DNA of 64,000 nt, from positions 46,071 to 110,070 of the forward strand of contig CAWHCQ010000017.1 in assembly GCA_963827755.1 (NCBI GenBank), read 5' to 3'. The notes beneath the pieces are model-generated. The model was given only the letters and a program-made list of their open reading frames with translations, was not told where the DNA came from and did not search any database. The stretch comes from an uncultured Gammaproteobacteria bacterium (lineage in GTDB: Bacteria; Pseudomonadota; Gammaproteobacteria; UBA9214). Position 1 is the first letter of the stretch, and each line of letters starts with the position of its first letter. Positions 36,358-45,848 of the stretch are shown here, in pieces. Made by a program: the position numbers and the translations under genes.

Positions 36358-36429
36358 ATGGATTCCTTATGCGAATTCTTGTGCCGGCTATCATAGAGGG
36401 CGTGGCCCTGTAAAAACAGCTTCTTCGAC

Positions 36430-37341
36430 TTATTGGATTACTTTTAGCCATTGCGAGTCTTGCGGCTCGCCACTTGGATAGAGGCCGTTGAGCAGGCGCA
36501 GCTGTTCTTCCGGATAATTCGTGAGCGGTGAATTCCGGGCCAGTGCTGCCGGGTGTCGTATGTTCATCTGTAAACCGTCTTTTACCGGCCTGACCCAGCC
36601 ACGGGTTTCGATGCGCTGACCATCAAGCCCCTCCAGAAACCCGGGTTCGAAGTTCACAAAGTCCTTTTTGCCGATGCGCAACTGTAGCGGCCCTTCCAGG
36701 TCCAGCCACACATTATGCCGCGAATGACGTACTTCTTGCACTCTGCCACGAATGATATGAAATCCGCGGGTATCGCGGGGCAGTGCCGCGCTCTGCCGGG
36801 CCTTGTAGGCATCCAGCCCCCACAGCCCCCGGCCTGCGCCGCGCGCCCTGTCTTCATGTCGCTGATAGCAGCGATAACCCCAGGTATTGGGTGGCACGAC
36901 CAGTGTCGTTGCCAGCCCCTCCCGCAACAGCCGCACCGCAAGGTTCTCGCCATCCTCCAGGAAGGCATGTGCCAGCAGGCGTTTATAATGATCATGCTGT
37001 TGCCGGTCATCCTGTAACAGCAGGGTGCGGTTGTACGTATCCAGCAATTCCTGCAGGCGGGCCTTCGCCGCTTCGGCATAGGGCTGGTTGGGCTGGTCGT
37101 GATGCCGGGTTTCCGCGGTGTTGATGCCTATAAGCCGCAGCCGGCGTCCATCCTCGAGTTTTACCGTATCGCCGTCATAGACATGAATGACGCGCACACG
37201 TTCACTGATGTGTTCGGCCGCGCAGCTGTCCGCGAGGGTGGCCCGGGTGAGGCCGCCGACAAGCAGGCAGCCCAGTAGCAGCTGGCAAAAAAAAGGGGCA
37301 CCCGGTCCGGGCACCCCTTTTGCTGAACATCTTTGCAGCAT
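36430..37341 (-). CDS. Thermonuclease (SNase) family protein
   Basis: VYDGDT, RLIGINTAE, DHYKRLLAH, ARGAGRGLW; start approximate. Confidence 0.85.
   Translation of the reverse strand: MLQRCSAKGVPGPGAPFFCQLLLGCLLVGGLTRATLADSCAAEHISERVRVIHVYDGDTVKLEDGRRLRLIGINTAETRHHDQPNQPYAEAAKARLQELLDTYNRTLLLQDDRQQHDHYKRLLAHAFLEDGENLAVRLLREGLATTLVVPPNTWGYRCYQRHEDRARGAGRGLWGLDAYKARQSAALPRDTRGFHIIRGRVQEVRHSRHNVWLDLEGPLQLRIGKKDFVNFEPGFLEGLDGQRIETRGWVRPVKDGLQMNIRHPAALARNSPLTNYPEEQLRLLNGLYPSGEPQDSQWLKVIQ
37287..37321 (-). terminator. Intrinsic terminator after rpmE
   Basis: Minus strand AAAAGGGGTGCCCGG-A-CCGGGTGCCCC-TTTTTTTT. Confidence 0.75.
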
Positions 37342-37351
37342 TTGCCGTGGA

Positions 37352-37555
37352 TCACCTCTTTCCGAAGCGCTGGCGGAACTTGTCGACGCGGCCACCGGTA
37401 TCCACCATCTTTTGCTTGCCGGTATAAAACGGGTGGCACTGTGAGCAGACTTCGATGGTGAGATCCCTGCCCACGGTAGAACGTGTCTCGAAGCTTTCGC
37501 CGCAACTGCAGGTGACCTTGATGGCCTCGTAGGCCGGGTGGATATCGCTTTTCAT
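37352..37555 (-). CDS. rpmE: 50S ribosomal protein L31 (Zn-binding type)
   Basis: [32 protein letters not shown]. Confidence 0.97.
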   Translation of the reverse strand: MKSDIHPAYEAIKVTCSCGESFETRSTVGRDLTIEVCSQCHPFYTGKQKMVDTGGRVDKFRQRFGKR

Positions 37556-37636
37556 AACTGCCTCTGGAATAAGTACTATCTGCGTTTGCACGGCCGCTTT
37601 TCAGCCGCCGCGAAAAGGCCGAGGATAGTACGCGAA

Positions 37637-38002
37637 TTACAGCCTGCCGGCAAGCTGGTCGGGAAATGGCAGGATTTCAGCTTCGTTGCGGGGCACTTGT
37701 GTATGGCGGTGCGGTGCATGCAGGTAATTCAGCCGCTCGATCAGGCCATGCGGGCCTGCGACCGCCTTCCAGAGCAGCCGGTTGATGAGCAGGCTGGCGA
37801 CCATCGGGGTGCTCGACGTCTTTCTGATCTGGTCCAGTTTCCATTGCAAACAGCGCAGCCGCGGCTGTTTTTGCCGGGGGGCCTGCCGGATCGCGGCTTC
37901 AATGACACGGGCGCGTTCTGCCTCGAAGGATGCCGGGTCCTGCCGGGCCAGCGTTGCCCAGTGATCGAAGTCATACCCGGACGGGCTGTCTGGTGCTGCC
38001 AT
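37637..38002 (-). CDS. DUF3135-like protein
   Basis: FDHWATLARQDPASFE...RLRCLQWKLD pattern. Confidence 0.7.
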   Translation of the reverse strand: MAAPDSPSGYDFDHWATLARQDPASFEAERARVIEAAIRQAPRQKQPRLRCLQWKLDQIRKTSSTPMVASLLINRLLWKAVAGPHGLIERLNYLHAPHRHTQVPRNEAEILPFPDQLAGRL

Positions 38003-38143
38003 GCTGTTCTCCTGCCTGTTTTTTGTGGTGCTTTTTTTATTGCATGCGCCCCCATCCTAGCACGGTGCAGAAGGGACAGGCCCGCAGGGGCCCCGCCAGA
38101 GCGGGAAATTACCATTACTCAGGTTGTTGCAACCCGCCTGTGC

Positions 38144-38295
38144 TGTGGACAAGTGGGTGGATAACTGCGGTAAAAGCGGCTGGTAAGCTGGGTACGGATG
38201 CCGGCCCTGCTGAAAAACTTCAATAAATACAATTAAAATCATAGGGTTATCTGCTTGAGTTGCCCACAGGCGTGCAGGGTGTTGCCTGTGGATAA
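38144..38295. promoter_or_regulatory. Second DnaA-box cluster with IHF-like site
   Basis: TGTGGACAA 38144, GGTGGATAA 38156, TTGCCCACA 38260, TGTGGATAA 38287; AATCATAGGGTTA ~38237-38249. Confidence 0.6.
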
Positions 38296-38383
38296 CTCTG
38301 GCGGTGCCGGCAAGTAAAACTCAAGAAATTCCATACGCTTACCGATAAGTATCTTGTGTTTTTTTATATTCTCGAGATATCCC

Positions 38384-40837
38384 ATGCCCAAAACATCTTC
38401 TGCAGCAATGGACCTGAACGCGCTCCGAGCTCAATATGCCGATAAACTCCCGGGCAATATCAGCCATATCCGGTCTCTCTGGGACAACCTGCTGCATGTC
38501 AAGTGGGATGAGAAAACGTTTCTGGTATTTCGCCGGCTTGTGCATAACCTGGCCGGTACCTCGTCGACCCACGGTTTTACAAAAATCGGCTCTACGGCCT
38601 TGCGCCTGGATCAACAGCTGGAAAAGCTGCAGGATACAGGCCGTCCACCGAGTATGCGTGAACGTGCCCAGGTCACGGGGCGATTGCAACGACTCTCGGA
38701 GTTGCTCAAATCGTCACGTAATCTCGAAATCCTGGATGTCGATGTCAATCACACGGTTGTCCCGACCAGCGAGGCACAGTCTGCCACCCGTGTGCTGATG
38801 CTCGAAGACGACGCCGATCACGCGGCGCTCGTTAAACTCTATCTCGAGCAGCGTGGTTGCGAGGTTGAGGTTGCAGAGGAGCCGCAATCCCTGCAGGCGG
38901 CTATCGACCAACAGAAGCCGGACATTTTACTATTGGACGTGATGCTCCCCGGGCAGCCTGCCGGTGGTATCGAAGTTCTCACGACATTGTGCAAATCCGG
39001 CGATCTGGATATACCCGTTCTTTTCATGTCGGCGCGTGGTGATCTGGAAGCACGGCTGGCGGCGGTTCGCGCCGGGGGGTCGGGTTATTTCATCAAACCC
39101 ATTGATCTGGCGGCATTGTCACAAAAGATCGAAAGTCTGAAAGACGCTTCGCACACCCGGTACCGGGTGCTTATTGTCGACGACGACGATGACCTGGCAG
39201 CCTTTCACTCGACGTTACTGAAAAAAGCCGGCATAAAGACACGCGCTGTCACCAATCCAATGCAGTTACTCAACGTGCTCAAGGAGTTCCGCCCGGACCT
39301 GGTTCTCATGGATCTCTACATGCCGAAATGTCACGGCGGAGAGCTCGCTCAGGTGATTCGGCAGGACCCAACCACCACCGACCTGCCGATTCTGTACCTC
39401 TCCAGCGAAAACAACGCCGAGCGCCAGAATGCTGCACTCGGCCAGGGTGGTGATGCTTTTTTAGTCAAACCGGTCGCTGATAAAGAACTGGTCAATGCCA
39501 TCACCAACCGGGTCAAGCGTGCGCGTTGGCTGAAACAACGGCTGCAATACCTTGGCCAGCAAGACTCCGGGACCGGGCTCATCAACCAGCGCGCACTCCT
39601 CTCGCAGCTGGAAACCACTCTCAACGAACTGGCAGGTGCCGAAGTCGGTGCCGCACTGCTGTTTGTCGAGATTGATCAATTCCGGACGTTGCGCGATCAG
39701 GGTGGTGTTTCTGCCGCAGAGCAAGTGGTGACCCAGGTGGCGGGAGTCATCCGCAGCGAAATGGGGCCGACTGAGCAGGTCGCGCGATTGGGCGAGGCCA
39801 GCTTTGTGGTATTGATGCCGGGCGTCAGCGCGGGAACGGCTTCAGCGGTGAGTGACCGGCTGCGCAAGACTATTGCCAGGCAGTTTTTCCGGGTTGGTGG
39901 CCGCTCGAACTCCGTGACTGTGAGTATCGGTATCGCCCCGCTGAGTGAAAGCTACCAGAACGGCGACGAGTGGCTCAGTGGCGCAGCGGTAGCCTGCGAC
40001 ATTGCCCGTAGCAGCGGGTATGACAAGAGTTATCTGCACCAGCCGATGAATGAATCACAGGCCGAGCAGGATGAGGATGAGCGCTGTCTGGAGCTGTTGA
40101 GGAAGACACTTCAATCCGATTCATTGCGTTGTGTGTACCAGCCTATCGCCAGCATGCAGGACAGCACCGTAGAGGTATATGATTTGATGGTGCGCATGAA
40201 CGATGCCGACGGACGGGAAGTGCTGCCAACGCGTTTTCTGTCGGTCGCCGAAACGCACGGGCTGGCAGCCTCGATCGACAGATGGGTAACGCGCCACGCG
40301 ATTCGGGTTCTGATGGAGCGTTACAGCACAGGCATCAAGACGGAGTTTTTTGTGAGGTTGTCAGCCGCCACCGTGGCGGATCAGGGGTTCAGTGGCTGGT
40401 TCAAAGAGCAGCTCGACCGCTCGGGCTTGCCGGCGACGGCGCTTGTTTTCGAGGTTGCGGAAAGCACTGTTACGACGCAACTGGATAATGCGCGCCGTCT
40501 GTTCGACAAGCTCCGTGGTTTTGGTAGCGGCATCGCCCTGATACACTTCGGCACCAGGCTGGGTTCGCTGCAGCTACTGGAGGATCTGAGCGTGGATTAC
40601 GTGAAGATAGACGGTTCCTTTAGCCAGGACCTCGCCAACAACCACGCGAATCAAAACAGCATTCGGGAAATAATCAAGTCGGCCCTTGATAGGGACATAT
40701 TGGTGATCGCAAGTTTTGTCGAGGATGCCTCGAGTCTGAGTGCGCTTTGGCAGTGCGGTGTACAGCTCACACAGGGTAATTTTCTGCAGGAACCCAGCAG
40801 CATGATGAATTTTACCTTCGGGGAAAGTGGGGTTTAG
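38384..40837 (+). CDS. Hpt-REC-REC-GGDEF-EAL signalling protein with degenerate catalytic motifs
   Basis: HNLAGTS (Hpt), LLDVMLP and LMDLYMP (REC), RLGEASF, YQPI...YDLMVR, VKIDGS. Confidence 0.85.
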   Translation: MPKTSSAAMDLNALRAQYADKLPGNISHIRSLWDNLLHVKWDEKTFLVFRRLVHNLAGTSSTHGFTKIGSTALRLDQQLEKLQDTGRPPSMRERAQVTGRLQRLSELLKSSRNLEILDVDVNHTVVPTSEAQSATRVLMLEDDADHAALVKLYLEQRGCEVEVAEEPQSLQAAIDQQKPDILLLDVMLPGQPAGGIEVLTTLCKSGDLDIPVLFMSARGDLEARLAAVRAGGSGYFIKPIDLAALSQKIESLKDASHTRYRVLIVDDDDDLAAFHSTLLKKAGIKTRAVTNPMQLLNVLKEFRPDLVLMDLYMPKCHGGELAQVIRQDPTTTDLPILYLSSENNAERQNAALGQGGDAFLVKPVADKELVNAITNRVKRARWLKQRLQYLGQQDSGTGLINQRALLSQLETTLNELAGAEVGAALLFVEIDQFRTLRDQGGVSAAEQVVTQVAGVIRSEMGPTEQVARLGEASFVVLMPGVSAGTASAVSDRLRKTIARQFFRVGGRSNSVTVSIGIAPLSESYQNGDEWLSGAAVACDIARSSGYDKSYLHQPMNESQAEQDEDERCLELLRKTLQSDSLRCVYQPIASMQDSTVEVYDLMVRMNDADGREVLPTRFLSVAETHGLAASIDRWVTRHAIRVLMERYSTGIKTEFFVRLSAATVADQGFSGWFKEQLDRSGLPATALVFEVAESTVTTQLDNARRLFDKLRGFGSGIALIHFGTRLGSLQLLEDLSVDYVKIDGSFSQDLANNHANQNSIREIIKSALDRDILVIASFVEDASSLSALWQCGVQLTQGNFLQEPSSMMNFTFGESGV

Positions 40838-40958
40838 TCCGTAGCTTCGAAAAACCGGGCCCTGCCGGGATGGAAAGGCTCGTGCACACTTCCTGGCCGC
40901 CAGGCCTTTCGTCTGCAAACCCGGCTGCCGCAGGACGGTCAGCGCGGGATTGCTTGTC

Positions 40959-42431
40959 TCAGTTCGCCGCCACGGTCCGTGATTTTGCCCAGTTCCTCAG
41001 GCGGTCAATCTTTTCGGACATGACCTGAGACAGCGGCCGTGTCTGTTCGATCTCGGACTGGATGTGGCGGGTCTCCAGCGGGGCGTCCTGTTCGCGCGCC
41101 AGGTAGGTCGCGGCGACGATGGCCTGCTCGATTTCGGCGCCGGAAAAACCCTGCGTCGCCCTGGCAAGCGAGCGGATGTCGAAATCGTTCGGCTGGTGGT
41201 CGCGTTTGCGCAGGTGGATGGCGAATATTTCCGCCCGGGTGGCGATATCGGGCAGGTCGACGAAAAAGATTTCATCGAGCCGTCCCTTGCGGATCAGTTC
41301 AGGCGGCAGGTCTTCGATGACATTGGCCGTGGCGACGATGAACACCGGGGCCGTGCGCTCCGACATCCAGGTCAGCAGGTTGCCGAGGAGGCGGCGCGAG
41401 GTTCCGCCGTCGTGGTCGCCGGAAGAAATGGCCTTCTCGATTTCATCGATCCACAGCACGCAGGGTGCCATGGCCTCGGTGGCCTGCAGGGCCTCGCGCA
41501 GGTTGCGCTCGGTTTCACCGAAGAACTTGTTGTAGAGGGTGCCGAAATCAAGCCTCAGTAAAGGCAGCGACCACAGGCCGGCGACGGCCTTCGCAGCCAG
41601 GCTCTTGCCGCCGCCCTGTACGCCGACCAGCAGGATGCCCTTCGGCGGGTCGATGCCGGCGTGCGTCTGCAGGAAAGCCGCCTGCCGCAGTTCGATCCAG
41701 CGTTTCAGTTTTTTCAGTCCACCGACGTCGGCAAAGTCGGCAGTGTCGAATTCACAGGACAGGGCACCGTTGCTTTCCAGTAAGCGGTAGCGTCCCCGGG
41801 TGACCCGCTCCAGGTCGTCCTCCTTGATGGCGCCGTCATCATAGATGATGCTGCGGATAATGCGGCGTGCATCGGCAGCGGTCAGGCCGCGCAGCCGCCC
41901 GGTTACAAGGTCCAGTGTCGTGCGTTCTGTCCTGACCTGTTTGCCCGGGTTGGCCTGTGACCAGTGTCCGGCTTCCTCGCGAACGATCTCCTCGAGGTGT
42001 TCCCGGTCGGGCAGTGACAGGGAAAAGCGCGCACTGTAACCCTCGAGTTCTGCCGGGATCTTCAGCGCATGACTGACCAGCGCCAGCGTGTGTCCGAGCC
42101 GGTGATAATCGAGTGCGATTTCTTTCAGCAGCCGGACGTTGTAGGCATCTTCCAGGTAGGGATGAAAGTCCATCAGCAGGTAAATCGTCGATGTTTCGGT
42201 TGCCCTGATTTGTCCGAGGGCCTGTGCGGGTTCGCTCGCGTGGCGTTGCGGCGCACTTTCAAGATCAATGCGCTGCAGCCCGGTTGTTGCAGACCAGGAC
42301 ATTGCCGGCATGGCCAGCTTGACCGCCAGCCTGGCGAACAACCGGGTTACCCGTTTCTCGTCTGTCGTCTCGATTATGATCAGCGGGATGCGGGAACGCA
42401 GTAACAGTTCAAGGTCGTGTAGATCGTTCAT
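40959..42431 (-). CDS. Ycf46-like AAA+ ATPase
   Basis: Walker A GVQGGGKS, Walker B LWIDEIEK, PPELIRKGRLDEIFFVDLP; degenerate N-terminal AAA domain. Confidence 0.85.
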   Translation of the reverse strand: MNDLHDLELLLRSRIPLIIIETTDEKRVTRLFARLAVKLAMPAMSWSATTGLQRIDLESAPQRHASEPAQALGQIRATETSTIYLLMDFHPYLEDAYNVRLLKEIALDYHRLGHTLALVSHALKIPAELEGYSARFSLSLPDREHLEEIVREEAGHWSQANPGKQVRTERTTLDLVTGRLRGLTAADARRIIRSIIYDDGAIKEDDLERVTRGRYRLLESNGALSCEFDTADFADVGGLKKLKRWIELRQAAFLQTHAGIDPPKGILLVGVQGGGKSLAAKAVAGLWSLPLLRLDFGTLYNKFFGETERNLREALQATEAMAPCVLWIDEIEKAISSGDHDGGTSRRLLGNLLTWMSERTAPVFIVATANVIEDLPPELIRKGRLDEIFFVDLPDIATRAEIFAIHLRKRDHQPNDFDIRSLARATQGFSGAEIEQAIVAATYLAREQDAPLETRHIQSEIEQTRPLSQVMSEKIDRLRNWAKSRTVAAN

Positions 42432-42453
42432 CTGTCTTTAGCAGGGCCCTGGT

Positions 42454-42645
42454 TCAGTCGTCGTCGCGTCGCGTCGTCAGGCTGGCAAGTTCGCCATCGG
42501 GACCGACTTCAAGGTGAAACTCGATCGGCCGGCAACACACCTGGCAATCCTCGATGTAGTCCTGGCTGCCGCTGGAACAGTCCACTTCGGTCTCGAACTG
42601 TTCGCCGCAGTAGGGGCAATCAACCGGTTTTAGCACTGTCTTCAC
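42454..42645 (-). CDS. CPXCG motif cysteine-rich protein
   Basis: CPYCGE...YIEDCQVCCRPI. Confidence 0.85.
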   Translation of the reverse strand: MKTVLKPVDCPYCGEQFETEVDCSSGSQDYIEDCQVCCRPIEFHLEVGPDGELASLTTRRDDD

Positions 42646-43810
42646 CGGGTGTCTCGCTTATCCAGTATTGCAGCAGTTCATTCAGGTGTTGCTGTCCCTT
42701 CGGAGTTGTGCGGATAGTGTTGTCTTCCTGCAGCAACAGTCCTTTTTCGCAGGCCGCCGTGACGGTTTGCTGCATACAGGAAAACGGCAGGCCGGTGGTT
42801 TCGCTGAAGCCCGTGGTAGTGAAACCCCGGTCGAGGCGCAATGCATTTAACACGAATTCCAGTTTTACATCGGCTTCGCTCAACTCATTGTACGAGCTGA
42901 TGCGTTGCGCACTGCCTGCGTTTTCCATGTAGCTGCGCGGCTGACGGGTTTTTGCGCTGCGCCGGATGGTCTGCCTGGCGGCATCGGTTATCTTCGCGTG
43001 TGCGCCGGCGCCGATCCCGAGATAATCGCCGAACTGCCAGTAGTTCAGGTTGTGCCGGCATTGCCCGCCGGCCCTTGCCTAGGCGGAGACTTCATAGCGC
43101 GTGTAGCCGTTGGCCTCCAGCAGTTCGCGTCCTGATTCTTGCATGTCCCAGAGTGTGTCGTCATCGACCGGTTCGGGCGGGTGGCGGTGAAACCAGGTGT
43201 TCGGTTCGATGGTCAGTTCATAGCGGGATATGTGTGCCGGCTCAAGCCCGATGGCCGTGTGCAGATCGTCCAGCGCCTGCCTGCCGGTCTGTCCGGGCAG
43301 GCCATACATCAGGTCCAGGTTGATATTGGCAAAGCCCGCCTGTCGGGCTGCCGTGACGGCGCTCAATGCCTGCCGGTCATCGTGGATCCTGCCGATCTTT
43401 TCCAGCAGGCCCGGCTGGAAGCTCTGCACCCCGATCGACAGCCTGTTGACGCCGGCGGCGTAAAAACCCGCGAATCGTTCCTGGTCGACTGTGCCGGGAT
43501 TGGCTTCCAGCGTGATCTCGGCATCCGGTTTCAGGGGAAGTCGTGCCCGCACCTCGCTTAACAGGCGCTCAATGGCTGCCGCTGAAAACAGGCTGGGTGT
43601 GCCGCCACCGATAAAAACGCTCTCCACGCTGCGTCCCCAGACGCCGGGCAGGTCCTGTTCGAGGTCGGCGATCAATGCATCGACATAGGCCTGTTCCGGG
43701 AGAGTGTCACGCGCTTCATGCGAGTTGAAATCACAATAGGGGCATTTGCGTACGCACCACGGGATATGGATGTAGAGGCTCAGTGGTGGTGTAGCTGTGA
43801 AGTCGAACAT
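42620..43810 (-). CDS. hemW: Radical SAM heme chaperone HemW (in-frame TAG at 43079-43081)
   Basis: YIHIPWCVRKCPYCDFN, GGGTPS; same frame continues after the TAG as ARAGGQCRHNLNYWQFGDYLGIGAGAH. Confidence 0.9.
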
Positions 43811-44013
43811 GGAGTCGTTACTGTAAACCTTTCATCATTATGTGCAAACAGGCTCTTTACGGGTATCGGGCTCGCATTACATGTGGTTTTGTGTACTCCA
43901 TCACATCAGCCATGCGCACTTTTTCGTATGCTTGGTACCGTGCTCCTCGCTGCCCGGAGGGTTGACGGGGCAGTCACAATTTAGCGCTGGTATTTGAGCC
44001 TCGGACGGGTAAT

Positions 44014-44229
44014 ATGAAAAATCCATTGTCAATGATCATCAGGGTGGCCGATTTGAAAATTCTGCCGTTGGTCTTTTCGCTGTTGCTGCTGCAGGGTTGT
44101 GCCGCGATGGTGGTCGGTGCAGTCGTTGGTACTGCGACCACGATTGCCGTTGAAACGATAAAGGTTCCGTTCAAGGTCGGCGCAGCAGTTATCGACGTCG
44201 TCAGCGATGACGAGGAAGAAGAAGAGTAG
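44014..44229 (+). CDS. Small putative lipoprotein
   Basis: LLLQGC lipobox, AVET.KVPFKVG.AV.D, acidic tail. Confidence 0.6.
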   Translation: MKNPLSMIIRVADLKILPLVFSLLLLQGCAAMVVGAVVGTATTIAVETIKVPFKVGAAVIDVVSDDEEEEE

Positions 44230-44845
44230 GCCCTGTCAGCGTCTGTCCCTGCGCCACCTCTGCAAATGCCGCCAGCAGCTTGCGCAAGGCCTGTCCGCGG
44301 TGACTCAGTGAATTCTTGATATCCGCCGGCAATTCGGCCGATGAGCAGTTGTGTGTCGGCACGTAGAACACCGGGTCATAGCCAAAACCGTTTTCACCGC
44401 GTGGCTCGAACAGGATGCGGCCCTCCCAGGTGCCCTGGCAGATGAGCGGTGTCGGGTCGGTTGCGTGGCGCATGTAGACCATCAGGCACTGGAACCGTGC
44501 CGTGCGCTTTTCTTCTGGCAGGTCACCCAGTTCGCGGAGCAGCTTTTCCAGATTGGCCTGGTCACTGGCGCCGACCCCGGCATAGCGTGCCGAATAAATA
44601 CCGGGTTCACCGCGCAGGGCATCCACCTCAATGCCGGAGTCATCGGCGATTGCCGGCAGCCCGGTGTGCTGTGCCGCGTTGCGTGCCTTGAGGATGGCAT
44701 TTTCGACAAAGGTCAGCCCGGTCTCATCGATATCAGGCACGCCGAAGCCTGTTTGCGGCTGTACCTGCAGGTCGAGTCCCGCGAGTAACTGGTTGATCTC
44801 GCGGACCTTGCCCTGGTTACTGCTGGCCAGAACGATTTCTTTCAT
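44201..44845 (-). CDS. rdgB: Non-canonical purine NTP pyrophosphatase
   Basis: LASSNQGK, ADDSG, GFGYDP, SHRG. Confidence 0.95.
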   Translation of the reverse strand: MKEIVLASSNQGKVREINQLLAGLDLQVQPQTGFGVPDIDETGLTFVENAILKARNAAQHTGLPAIADDSGIEVDALRGEPGIYSARYAGVGASDQANLEKLLRELGDLPEEKRTARFQCLMVYMRHATDPTPLICQGTWEGRILFEPRGENGFGYDPVFYVPTHNCSSAELPADIKNSLSHRGQALRKLLAAFAEVAQGQTLTGPTLLLPRHR

Positions 44846-44962
44846 TGCATTAATCCGGGCAAGTGGTTGTAGCGGCAGCTTGTTTACAGCCTGGCGAAAT
44901 CCGGGGATGTAACCGCAGCAGGGTTGCCGGTTTTGGTCTTGCGGGCCAACCCGGGCCGGCGG

Positions 44963-45682
44963 TCAGCCCTGTTCGAGGGCGGCCTGCTGCGAGGCGAGTA
45001 ACTCCCCGATACCTTTTTTTGCCAGTGCCAGCATGGCATTCAGTTCATCCTGGCTGAAGGGGTGTCCTTCTGCCGTGCCCTGTACTTCAATGAAGTTTTC
45101 CGTGTCATTCATGACCACGTTCATGTCGGTTTCGGCATTGCAGTCTTCCGGGTAGTCCAGGTCGAGTATCGGTGTTTCCTTGTATATGCCGACAGAGACA
45201 GAGGCCACCCGTCCGGTGATCGGGCTTTTAGTCAATACATTGCTGTCCAGCAGTTTCTGGATCGCGTCGGCAAGTGCGACATAGCCACCGGTAATACTGG
45301 CGGTGCGGGTGCCGCCATCGGCCTGGATTACATCGCAGTCGATGGTGATGGTGCGCTCACCGAGCAGCTTCATGTCCATCACGGCACGCAACGAGCGACC
45401 GATCAGTCGCTGGATCTCCATGGTGCGCCCGCCCTGTTTGCCGCGTGCGGCTTCACGTCCCATGCGGCTGCTGGTTGAACGTGGCAGCATGCCGTACTCG
45501 GCGGTCACCCAGCCTTCGCCCTTGCCGCGCAGAAAACCGGGCACCCGTTCTTCCACGGAGGCATTGCAGAGGACGCGGGTATCGCCGAACTCCACGAGTA
45601 CGGAACCCTCGGCATGCTTGGTGTAGTTGCGTGTGATGCGTACGTGGCGCATTTCGTCCGGGGCGCGTTTGCTGGGCCGCAT
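44963..45682 (-). CDS. rph: Ribonuclease PH
   Basis: [36 protein letters not shown]. Confidence 0.98.
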   Translation of the reverse strand: MRPSKRAPDEMRHVRITRNYTKHAEGSVLVEFGDTRVLCNASVEERVPGFLRGKGEGWVTAEYGMLPRSTSSRMGREAARGKQGGRTMEIQRLIGRSLRAVMDMKLLGERTITIDCDVIQADGGTRTASITGGYVALADAIQKLLDSNVLTKSPITGRVASVSVGIYKETPILDLDYPEDCNAETDMNVVMNDTENFIEVQGTAEGHPFSQDELNAMLALAKKGIGELLASQQAALEQG

Positions 45683-45848
45683 GGTGCTTTCCTGTCTGTA
45701 AATGAGGCGCGGATTATAGCGCGATATCTGCCGGTGATTGGTGCTGAATCGGTGTTAATTGAACAGCCATCCTGTTATAAACAGTCTGTCACGGGGGCGG
45801 GCCGGGATGCTTCCAGGCAGATTTCTGTTCAGACCAGCGGGAACCATT

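Noticed and set aside
43079-43081. Pyrrolysine or alternative genetic code
   Set aside because: TAG is an ordinary terminator elsewhere in the window and the position corresponds to Tyr
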